Source: Betaproteobacteria bacterium (lineage in GTDB: Bacteria; Pseudomonadota; Gammaproteobacteria; Burkholderiales; SG8-39). Taken from it: a stretch of 64,000 nucleotides of DNA. This document shows, piece after piece, positions 27,328 to 35,876 of this stretch (its first letter is position 1; every line of letters starts with the position of its first letter). The notes beneath the pieces are model-generated. The model ran no database searches. It saw only the letters and a program-made list of their open reading frames with translations, and had not been told where the DNA came from. Where the stretch lies: assembly GCA_005881595.1 (NCBI GenBank), contig VBBY01000034.1, positions 1,308-65,307 of the forward strand. Direction: 5' to 3'. The translations under genes and the position numbers were made by a program.

Positions 27328-29084
27328 ACCGACTTTTCTCGACGCTTGTCGTATTGCTGCTTTGCACGCCGGCAGCGGCGCAACTGAAGCTGGGAGGCAA
27401 TACTGACAACCTGCTCGAGCCCGAAGAGGCGTTCCGCTTTGACGCCCGCGCGCTGGACGCATCGACGATTGAAGTGCATTTCGCGATCGCCGACGGCTAT
27501 TACCTGTACCGCGACCGGTTCCGTTTCAGCGCCGAGGGAAACCGCGGCGTGCGCCTGGGTGCGCCACAGTTTCCTCGCGGCCTCAAGCACAAGGACGAGT
27601 TTTTCGGCGAAGTCGAGACCTATCGCAAGGAAGTGCGCATCCGCATCCCGCTGGAGGGCGACGGGCGCTTCGACCTGAAGGTCGTCTCACAGGGTTGCGC
27701 CGATGCCGGCGTGTGCTACGTGCCGATGGAGTCCAAGGCGTCGCTGCGCCTCGCTGGAAGCGGCGAAGCGGCGGCGCCGCGCTTCTCCGTCTATGCAAGC
27801 GATATCGAGATCGCGCGTTTGTTTGAAGGCAATTTCGCGATCGTCCTCGGCGGCTTTCTTCTTTTCGGGCTGCTTCTCACGTTCACGCCTTGCGTCCTCC
27901 CCATGATTCCGATCCTGTCCGGAATCATTGCCGGCGAAGGCGCGGAGCTGAACAAGCTGCGTGCGCTCGTGCTTTCGCTGTCCTACGTGCTGGGAATGGC
28001 GATCGCCTACGCTGCGGCGGGCGTCGCCGCAGCGTTCTCGGGCTCGCTGCTCGCTGCGGCGCTGCAAAACGCGTGGGTGCTCGGCAGCTTTGCGCTGGTC
28101 TTCGTGGTTCTCGCGCTGTCGATGTTCGGCTTCTACGACTTGCGCTTGCCGGGCTTTCTGCACCATCGGCTGCACCACGCCCACCGGCGCCTGCAAGGCG
28201 GACGCGTGGCGTCGGTTGCGGCCATGGGGGTGCTCTCCGCGGTGATCGTGAGCCCGTGTGTTGCGGCGCCGCTGGCCGGCGCGCTGCTCTATATCTCGCA
28301 GACGCGCGACGTGGCGCTCGGCGGCGCGGCGCTGTTCGCAATGGCGCTCGGCATGGGGGTACCGCTGGTCGTCGTCGGCATCTCCGAGGGGGCGCTACTT
28401 CCCAAGGCCGGAGCGTGGATGAGCGCAGTGAAGAAGTTCTTCGGGGTGCTGCTCCTCGCGGTGGCGCTCTGGATCGTCGCGCCGGTGATCCCGGCTGCAG
28501 TCCAGATGATCGCCTGGGCGGCGCTGCTCATCGGCTGCGGGATGTTCCTGCGCGCGATCGATCCGCTGCCGGCGGCGGCATCGGGCTGGTGGCGGCTCGG
28601 TAAAGGCGTCGGTGTCGTTGCGCTCGTCGCGGGCGTCGCGCTGCTGGTCGGCGCGCTCGCGGGAAGCCGCGATCCGCTGCGGCCGCTTGCCGGCCTCACG
28701 AGCAGCGGCCCCCCCACCGCGGCGCCGCTGCCGTGGATACGGGTTGCATCTCTGGGCGAGCTGGAGGAGCGGCTGCGCTCCGCCGGCAAGCCGGCGATGC
28801 TCGACTTCTATGCCGACTGGTGCGTGTCGTGCAAGGAGATGGAGGCGTACACGTTCTCGGATCCACGCGTGCGTGCCACTCTCGAGGGCGTGGTCCTTCT
28901 GCAAGCTGACGTCACCGCCAACAGTGAAGCCCACCGCGCGCTGCTCAGGCGCTTTGCGCTGTTCGGGCCGCCGGGAATCATCTTCTTCGATGCGCAGGGA
29001 CGCGAGATCAAGGGCCTGCGGGTCATCGGCTACCAGGACGCCGAGCGCTTCCTGAGAACGCTTTCGGTCGTCACCGCACCGTGA
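27324..29084 (+). CDS. dsbD: thiol:disulfide interchange protein DsbD
   Basis: N-terminal periplasmic domain, a central multi-TM core with Cys (TFTPCVLPMIP, SPCVAAPL), and a C-terminal thioredoxin fold DWCVSCKEME. GTG 27324 overlaps the cutA stop. Confidence 0.9.
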   Translation: MNRLFSTLVVLLLCTPAAAQLKLGGNTDNLLEPEEAFRFDARALDASTIEVHFAIADGYYLYRDRFRFSAEGNRGVRLGAPQFPRGLKHKDEFFGEVETYRKEVRIRIPLEGDGRFDLKVVSQGCADAGVCYVPMESKASLRLAGSGEAAAPRFSVYASDIEIARLFEGNFAIVLGGFLLFGLLLTFTPCVLPMIPILSGIIAGEGAELNKLRALVLSLSYVLGMAIAYAAAGVAAAFSGSLLAAALQNAWVLGSFALVFVVLALSMFGFYDLRLPGFLHHRLHHAHRRLQGGRVASVAAMGVLSAVIVSPCVAAPLAGALLYISQTRDVALGGAALFAMALGMGVPLVVVGISEGALLPKAGAWMSAVKKFFGVLLLAVALWIVAPVIPAAVQMIAWAALLIGCGMFLRAIDPLPAAASGWWRLGKGVGVVALVAGVALLVGALAGSRDPLRPLAGLTSSGPPTAAPLPWIRVASLGELEERLRSAGKPAMLDFYADWCVSCKEMEAYTFSDPRVRATLEGVVLLQADVTANSEAHRALLRRFALFGPPGIIFFDAQGREIKGLRVIGYQDAERFLRTLSVVTAP

Positions 29085-30152
<1,068 letters not shown>

Positions 30153-30222
30153 TCATCGTCTCCCGCTTCTCCTCCCTGAGCGGGTGCCTTAATTCTCAAG
30201 GTTAAGGCGTTTCGCCCCCGGT

Positions 30223-30831
30223 TTATATCCCCTTTGCCGGGGGTCTTTTATTCCCGCGGCCTGCTTGCAGCCAGCCTGCAAGCAGGCCGCGACATTCGTC
30301 GACACCCTGTCGCGTGGCGCTCGAGAAGAGCCGGACTTCGGCCTGTATCAGAGAACCTACTTTCGTCAGGGTTGCTGCCTGCTGCGCGCGCGTCAGCTTG
30401 TCGGCCTTGGATAGCAGCACGAGCAGCGGGACATCCCCAAGCCACTCGATGAGCTGCAGATCGAGCGGCGTCAGCGGGTGGCGCGCGTCCATCACCACCA
30501 CGACGGCGACGAGGGCACTGCGCGCGCGCAGGTAGGCGCCGACGAGACTTTCCCACTGTGCGCGCAGGGGCTGCGGCACGCGCGCGTAGCCGTAGCCGGG
30601 GAGATCGACCAGCCGGGCTGCTTCGCCGAGCTGGTAGAAGTTGATGGTTTGCGTGCGACCCGGCCGCTTGCTGGTGTAGGCGAGGCGCTTCCGGTCGAGC
30701 AGCGCATTGATAGCGCTCGACTTGCCTACATTCGAGCGGCCGGCAAACGCCACTTCCGGCGGCCCCTGCGGCGGCAGGTCCGCAGCGCGGCCCGCGGCCG
30801 CGAGGAACGCCGCTTGAGAGAACGTTTTCAT
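30223..30831 (-). CDS. engB: ribosome-biogenesis GTPase YihA/EngB
   Basis: GRSNVGKSSAINAL G1 motif, DLPGYGYA, and LSKADKL (NKxD-like). Divergent from cytochrome c4, as in many proteobacteria. Confidence 0.9.
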   Translation of the reverse strand: MKTFSQAAFLAAAGRAADLPPQGPPEVAFAGRSNVGKSSAINALLDRKRLAYTSKRPGRTQTINFYQLGEAARLVDLPGYGYARVPQPLRAQWESLVGAYLRARSALVAVVVVMDARHPLTPLDLQLIEWLGDVPLLVLLSKADKLTRAQQAATLTKVGSLIQAEVRLFSSATRQGVDECRGLLAGWLQAGRGNKRPPAKGI

Positions 30832-30884
30832 GGCTGGCGGGAAATTCTAATAAAATCGGGCTGTTCTATCGGGGACCCCTAGCG

Positions 30885-31523
30885 ATGATTCGTCTTCTGG
30901 CGCTCGGCGCCGGTTTCGCCGCTTGCTGTGCTGTTTCGGCGCTCGCGCAGCAGCCGCCCGTGAAACCCGAGCTGGCGCGAGGGCAGAGCATCGCGGCGCA
31001 AGTGTGCGCGGCGTGCCACGCCGCCGACGGCAACAGCACCGCGCCAGCCAACCCTAAGATCGCCGGCCAGTTCCCAGAATATCTGAACAAGCAACTGGGC
31101 GATTTCAAGCCGAAGGACGGCAAGAAGCCGGCGCGCGAAAGCCCGGTGATGACGGGCATGGTCGCCAATCTCTCGGCAGCCGACATGAAGAGCCTCGCCG
31201 CCTACTATGCCGCCCAGCAGCTCAGGCCCTCGGCCGCCGCCGACAAGGACCTGGTCGCCCTAGGGCAGAAGATATGGCGCGGCGGTAATCCGGCGAAAAA
31301 CATACCGGCATGCTCCGGTTGCCACGGTCCGGCAGGCTCGGGCATTCCGGCGCAGTATCCACGGCTCGCCGGGCAGTACGCCGAGTATCTCGGTGCCCAG
31401 CTGAAGGCGTTTCGCGAGGCTACGCGCGCGAACGATACGAATGGCATCATGCGCGGCGTGGCCGCGCACATGAACGACCGCGAGATACGGGCGGTCTCCG
31501 AGTACGCCGCAGGACTGCGCTGA
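30885..31523 (+). CDS. di-haem cytochrome c4
   Basis: Signal peptide and two class-I haem motifs (CAACH, CSGCH), each followed by a distal Met region. About 200 aa. Confidence 0.85.
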   Translation: MIRLLALGAGFAACCAVSALAQQPPVKPELARGQSIAAQVCAACHAADGNSTAPANPKIAGQFPEYLNKQLGDFKPKDGKKPARESPVMTGMVANLSAADMKSLAAYYAAQQLRPSAAADKDLVALGQKIWRGGNPAKNIPACSGCHGPAGSGIPAQYPRLAGQYAEYLGAQLKAFREATRANDTNGIMRGVAAHMNDREIRAVSEYAAGLR

Positions 31524-31589
31524 TACCCGGAATAACCCGCGCAGGAATGCTGTTTATCGCGACGTGTCACCTTCCGAGGAGAGAGAACG

Positions 31590-32054
31590 ATGAAGCGCAA
31601 GCTTGTAGCCGCAACCGTGGTCGCATCCGTCGGCGCCGCATGGCTCGTTGCCGCAGTGGCGCAGGTGAAGCCCGAAACTCTGGTGAAGCAGCGCCAGGCC
31701 GCGATGACGCTGCAGGGCAAGTACTTCGGCCCGCTCGCCGGCATGGCGCAGGGCAAGCTGCCCTATGACGCCAACATCGTCCAGCGCAATGCCGGCTACC
31801 TCGGTGTGCTCGACAAGATGCCTTGGGACGGCTTCGACCCGAGCACCAAGAATGTGACTGTGAAGACCGCCGCTCTGCCCGCAATCTGGAACGAGCCGGC
31901 CAAGTTCAAGGAGGCCCAGGAGCGGCTGCAGAGCGAAGTGTCCAGGCTCGCGGCCGTGAGCAAAGGCGGCGACGAAGGCGCGGTGAAGGCGCAGATCGGG
32001 GCGATCGGCAAGGCCTGCGGCAACTGCCACGATAACTTCCGCGAGAAGCAGTAG
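31590..32054 (+). CDS. cytochrome c-prime (class II cytochrome c)
   Basis: Signal peptide, a four-helix-bundle-sized protein, and a single CGNCH motif close to the C-terminus. Confidence 0.85.
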   Translation: MKRKLVAATVVASVGAAWLVAAVAQVKPETLVKQRQAAMTLQGKYFGPLAGMAQGKLPYDANIVQRNAGYLGVLDKMPWDGFDPSTKNVTVKTAALPAIWNEPAKFKEAQERLQSEVSRLAAVSKGGDEGAVKAQIGAIGKACGNCHDNFREKQ

Positions 32055-32064
32055 GCATCGCTTA

Positions 32065-32907
32065 TTGGTTCTGTACAGCGCGCTGGCGCTGCTCGCCATC
32101 GCAGGAGGCGCGCTCGCACAGGACGCGAAGCGCGGCCTCTATGTTTCGAAGGCCGCCGGCTGCCTCGGCTGCCACACCGAGACGCGGCCGAACGCGCAGC
32201 CCTATGCCGGCGGGCGCGCGCTCGCGACCCCGTTCGGTACTTTCTTCGGCCCGAACATCACGCCGCATCCGCGCGCCGGGATCGGTCGCTGGAGCGAGCA
32301 GGATTTCATCCGGGCGATGCGCCTCGGCGTGCGGCCGGATGGCGCTCATTACTACCCTGCGCTCCCCTATGCCTCGTTCACCAAAATCACCGAGGCCGAT
32401 CTCAAGGACCTGTGGGCTTACCTGCGCAGCCTGCCTTCCAGCAGCCGCGCCAGCCAGCCGCACGAGCTCAAGCTCTACGTCCGCTGGCGCTTTCCGCTGT
32501 GGGGCTGGAAGCTGCTGTTCTTCTCGCCGGGCCCCTTTGTGCCGGACCCCTCGCGCAATGCAAGCCTGAATCGCGGCGCCTATCTGGTGCAGGCGCTCGG
32601 TCATTGCGGGGAATGCCATACGCCGCGCAACTGGCTCGGCGCGCCGAAGAAGGACCGCTTCCTCGCCGGCGCGAAGCTGGGGGAGAAAACCAGGGCGCCG
32701 AACCTCACGCCGACGCGACTCAAGAAGCTGAGCGATGCCGAGCTCAAGGACATCCTGCGAACCGGCATGACCGCCGATGGGGACGTCCTCGCCGAGTCCA
32801 TGGCTGAAGTGGTGCAGAACACCACCAGCCAGCTCGAGCCGCAGGACCTCGATGCGCTGATCGCCTATCTGCGCTCGCTGCCGGCCCTGCCGGAGGAGCC
32901 GCGCTGA
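32065..32907 (+). CDS. di-haem cytochrome c (resembles the first two haem domains of dehydrogenase-associated cytochrome c subunits)
   Basis: CLGCH and CGECH motifs with NITPHPRAGIGRWSEQDF and RGAYLVQALGHCGECHTPR contexts. TTG start with no obvious SD, so the start is uncertain. Confidence 0.75.
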   Translation: MVLYSALALLAIAGGALAQDAKRGLYVSKAAGCLGCHTETRPNAQPYAGGRALATPFGTFFGPNITPHPRAGIGRWSEQDFIRAMRLGVRPDGAHYYPALPYASFTKITEADLKDLWAYLRSLPSSSRASQPHELKLYVRWRFPLWGWKLLFFSPGPFVPDPSRNASLNRGAYLVQALGHCGECHTPRNWLGAPKKDRFLAGAKLGEKTRAPNLTPTRLKKLSDAELKDILRTGMTADGDVLAESMAEVVQNTTSQLEPQDLDALIAYLRSLPALPEEPR

Positions 32908-32969
32908 CGAAGTTTGGCAATCGGCGGCGTTTTTGATGGAATAGCGGCGGAGCCCCCCTGTTCCCTTCT

Positions 32970-33470
32970 ATGAACGAAGCCGAGCGCCTGGTCGAGCTGA
33001 TCCCGCGGTTGCGCCGCTATGCCCGAGCTCTCGTCGGCGACCGGGCCTCCGCTGACGACCTGGTGCAGGACACTCTCGAGCGTGCGTGGGCGAAGCTGCA
33101 CCTCTACCGCCGCGGCACCGACCTGCGCGCCTGGCTGTTCACGGTGATGCACAACGTACATGTCAACAAAGTGCGCGCGACGCGCGTCACGGCCACGCTC
33201 GAGGACGAGCTCCCCGAGCTGGCGCAGCGCGCCTCGCAGGGCGACGCGCTGCTGGTGCGCGACCTCGATCGCGCCATCGCGCGGCTGCCGACCGAGCAGC
33301 GCTCGGTGCTGCTGCTCGTGACGCTCGAGGAAATGAGCTACGAGGAAGTGGCGCACGCCCTCGGCATTCCGATCGGCACGGTGATGTCGCGGTTGTCGCG
33401 CGCCCGTGAGAAGCTGCGCATGATGATGCTCGGCCAGGGCGCCGCGGCCAAGCTCAAGGTCGTGAAGTGA
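32970..33470 (+). CDS. ECF-type RNA polymerase sigma factor
   Basis: Region 2 (DDLVQDTLERAW ... RAWLFTVMHN) and region 4 (QRSVLLLVTLEEMSYEEVAHALGIPIGTVMSRLSRAR). 166 aa. Confidence 0.9.
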   Translation: MNEAERLVELIPRLRRYARALVGDRASADDLVQDTLERAWAKLHLYRRGTDLRAWLFTVMHNVHVNKVRATRVTATLEDELPELAQRASQGDALLVRDLDRAIARLPTEQRSVLLLVTLEEMSYEEVAHALGIPIGTVMSRLSRAREKLRMMMLGQGAAAKLKVVK

Positions 33471-34246
33471 GCACGGAACCCACCGTCACGGAAGCCGACC
33501 TGCAGGCCTACGCCGACGGGCGCCTCGGCGTCGAGCGCAGGGCCGAGGTCGAATCCTGGCTCGCCGCGCGCCCCGAGGACGCGGAGCGCGTCGCCGCCTA
33601 CCGCCGTCTCGGCGACGCGTTGCGCGCTGCTTACGATCCGGTGCTCGCCGAGCCGGTTCCGCAATATCTCGAAAGCACGGCGGCACGTCGCCCGCGTGCC
33701 CGCAGGATCGCCGCCGTCGCCGGCTGGATCACGCTTGGCGCGCTGCTCGGTGCGCTCGCAGGCTGGGAGGCGCGCGACTGGCGCCGGCCTGCGGGGCAGC
33801 CGCTTGCCGAGGGCGCCGTGATGGCGCGCCGCGCCGCCATCGCGCACGCGACCTATTCGCCCGAAGTGCGCCATCCGGTGGAGGTGGGCGCCGATCAGGA
33901 GGAGCACCTCGTGGCCTGGCTCTCCAAGCGCGTCGGTGCCAGGGTGCGCGCGCCGAAGCTCGACGAGGTCGGGATGGCGCTGGTCGGCGGGCGGCTTCTG
34001 CCGGGCGAGAGCGGCCCGGTGGCCCTGTTCATGTATCAGACCGCTGCCGGCCGTCGCCTCACGCTTTACATCCGCGCCGAAGCGAAAGGGAACCGCGAGA
34101 CCGCCTTTCGCTACGCGCGCGAAAACAACGTCAGCGTGTTCTACTGGATCGAGCGCGACTGCGGCTACGCGATCTCGTCCGCGGACCTCAGCAAGGAGGA
34201 GTTGCTGCACATCGCGACGCTGGTCTACAGGCAGCTCGAGCCCTGA
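33467..34246 (+). CDS. membrane-spanning anti-sigma factor (non-zinc type)
   Basis: GTG overlaps the sigma stop. The N-terminal anti-sigma helix pattern (LQAYADGRL ... VESWL) has no His/Cys. One TM (IAAVAGWITLGALLGALAGW) and a periplasmic domain of about 150 aa. Confidence 0.75.
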   Translation: MSTEPTVTEADLQAYADGRLGVERRAEVESWLAARPEDAERVAAYRRLGDALRAAYDPVLAEPVPQYLESTAARRPRARRIAAVAGWITLGALLGALAGWEARDWRRPAGQPLAEGAVMARRAAIAHATYSPEVRHPVEVGADQEEHLVAWLSKRVGARVRAPKLDEVGMALVGGRLLPGESGPVALFMYQTAAGRRLTLYIRAEAKGNRETAFRYARENNVSVFYWIERDCGYAISSADLSKEELLHIATLVYRQLEP

Positions 34247-34339
34247 CTCGGCTTCCCGCTGTTGGTGCGGGCGGCGCTCGACTCGCACCACGCACGTGCG
34301 CAGCACGCGCGTTTTAGCCGTGAAATGCAGGGAAACGAT

Positions 34340-34355
34340 TGGCACGTTTCATGCG
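34340..34355 (+). promoter_or_regulatory. sigma-54-type -24/-12 promoter-like element
   Basis: TGGCACGTTTCATGCG versus the consensus TGGCACG-N4-TTGCW. GG and GC have canonical spacing, and it lies in an intergenic region. Confidence 0.3.
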
Positions 34356-34371
34356 AAGTGCAAGCTGGCGC

Positions 34372-34548
34372 ATGTCGTTCCTCGACGTCCAGGATCTGGC
34401 AACGGTCGCCGCGCAAAGCGGCTTCCTGAGCCTGCTGCTCGCCGCTTGGTGCGATCTGAGCGACTCGCAGGTCCTCGTCAATCTGCTCGATCTGGGCGTA
34501 GCGGGCGGGCTCGTCGGCTGGATCTATCGCCGCCGCCGCGGTTCCTGA
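34372..34548 (+). CDS. hypothetical small protein (58 aa; acidic N-half, hydrophobic C-terminal segment, RRRR tail)
   Basis: By hand count, 48 of 58 codons end in G/C, the coding signature of this genome. The ATG start follows the sigma-54-like element. I recognise no family. It overlaps the mug 3' tail antisense. Alternative starts are at 34351 and 34339. Confidence 0.35.
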   Translation: MSFLDVQDLATVAAQSGFLSLLLAAWCDLSDSQVLVNLLDLGVAGGLVGWIYRRRRGS

Positions 34549-35128
34549 GAGCAGTCGACTTCCGCAGGGCCCGGAACAGTTTGACGAGTGCCGCGAGTTG
34601 ATAGTTCGCGTTCAGACCGCTCGGGTTGGGGAGTACCCAGATCTCGGCCCCTTCGAAGGTCTCAGGCTGACGACCGATCGCGACCTTCGACCGCCCGAAC
34701 GCATGACGGTAGGCGCCCACACCGAGAAAGACGACGCTCGCCGGTCGGTAGCGCCTGACCTTGGCCGCCAGGCGCCGGCGCCCGGAGACGAATTCGACAG
34801 GCGCCAGCTGGTCCGCGGTCGCGGTCGCGCGGTTGACGAGGTTGGTGATGCCGTAGCCGCTTTTCAACAACAGCCTTTGCTCCGAAGGATGCAGCAGTCG
34901 CGGCGTGAACCCGGCGGCGTGAAGCGCAGGCCAGAAGCGATTGCCGGGACGGGCGAAATGGTGCCCGGTGGCGGCAGAGTAAAGCCCGGGATTGATCCCG
35001 CAGAACAGCACCCGCAAGCGCGCAGCGAGGACATCCCGCAGGCCCTTGCCGGCTGCCCTGGCGAGCTCTGCAGAGGTCGGCTTACGCCGGCCGTATGAGG
35101 TAGCCGCCGGACTTCTCGTCGGGGTCAA
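34478..35128 (-). CDS. mug: G/U mismatch-specific uracil-DNA glycosylase (Mug/family 2 UDG)
   Basis: LRVLFCGINPGLYSAATGHHFARPGNRFW and VLPNPSGLN motifs. The only canonical upstream start is TTG 35128. The roughly 16 C-terminal codons look like read-through. Confidence 0.8.
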   Translation of the reverse strand: MTPTRSPAATSYGRRKPTSAELARAAGKGLRDVLAARLRVLFCGINPGLYSAATGHHFARPGNRFWPALHAAGFTPRLLHPSEQRLLLKSGYGITNLVNRATATADQLAPVEFVSGRRRLAAKVRRYRPASVVFLGVGAYRHAFGRSKVAIGRQPETFEGAEIWVLPNPSGLNANYQLAALVKLFRALRKSTALRNRGGGDRSSRRARPLRPDRAD

Positions 35129-35876
35129 GCTTGATGAGCGCCTTCTGCTGCATTTCCTCCAGCAGGTCGGAGAAAGCGCGAAAGCCGTAGTAAGACTCGT
35201 TGAAACCCGGCTTGCGCCGCTTCAGGGCCTGCTTGACCATCGAGCCCCAGATCTTCTCCTCGGCGCCGCGCTCGGCGATCAAGGCGTTCAGGGTTTCCAG
35301 CACCACGTCGAAGGCTTCCTGCTTCTTGTCCGAGCTCTTCTCCTCGCCGGTAGGCGCGGCTTCCTTGCGCTTCTTCGCCGCGCGCCGCTTCTGCTCGTCC
35401 TGGCGCACCAGATCGTCGTAGTAGATGAACTCGTCGCAGTTGTTGATGAGCAGGTCCGAGCTCGAGTTCTTGACGCCGACGCCGATCACCGTCTTCGCGT
35501 TCTCGCGCAGCTTGGAGACGAGCGGCGAGAAGTCCGAGTCGCCGCTGACGATGACGAAGGTGTCGACGTGCTCCTTGGTGTAGCAGAGGTCGAGTGCGTC
35601 GACCACCATGCGGATGTCCGCCGAGTTCTTGCCCGACTGGCGCAGGTGCGGGATCTCGATCATCTCGAACGAGGCGGCGTGCATCGCCGGCTTGAACTCC
35701 TTGTAGCGCTCCCAGTCGCAGTACGCCTTCTTGACCACGATCGAGCCCTTGAGCAGCAGCCGCTCGAGGACCTTGTCCATGTCGAACTGCGCGTACTTCG
35801 CCTCGCGCACGCCGAGCGCGACGTTCTCGAAGTCGCAGAACACCGCGAGGCTACGCGCTTCGGGGTTGGCTGGCAC
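35082..35876 (-). CDS. NYN (LabA-like PIN) nuclease domain protein with a C-terminal OST-HTH/LOTUS domain
   Basis: LAVFCDFENV ... KNSADIRMVVDALD ... FVIVSGDSDFSPLV (NYN), and a C-terminal GFNESYYGFRAFSDLLEE LOTUS-like region. Confidence 0.8.
   Translation of the reverse strand: MPANPEARSLAVFCDFENVALGVREAKYAQFDMDKVLERLLLKGSIVVKKAYCDWERYKEFKPAMHAASFEMIEIPHLRQSGKNSADIRMVVDALDLCYTKEHVDTFVIVSGDSDFSPLVSKLRENAKTVIGVGVKNSSSDLLINNCDEFIYYDDLVRQDEQKRRAAKKRKEAAPTGEEKSSDKKQEAFDVVLETLNALIAERGAEEKIWGSMVKQALKRRKPGFNESYYGFRAFSDLLEEMQQKALIKLDPDEKSGGYLIRPA

Noticed and set aside
30186-30208. Inverted repeat GCCTTAA-N9-TTAAGGC between engB and hemB, considered as a terminator.
   Set aside because: The stem is short and AT-rich, with no U tract on the minus strand where it would need to act. 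It may be a protein-binding site, but I have no supporting evidence.
32938-32963. ECF-type promoter look-alike GGAAT-N17-GTTC just upstream of the ECF sigma gene.
   Set aside because: The -10-like element ends only about 7 nt before the ATG, and the match to any specific ECF consensus is weak. I cannot distinguish it from chance.
34225-34416. Minus-strand 63-aa ORF in the anti-sigma/mug spacer.
   Set aside because: It is the codon-aligned mirror of the + strand small ORF for part of its length. It has only a TTG start and a Cys/Ser/Arg-rich junk-like C-terminal half. The + frame has the better third-position bias and an ATG.
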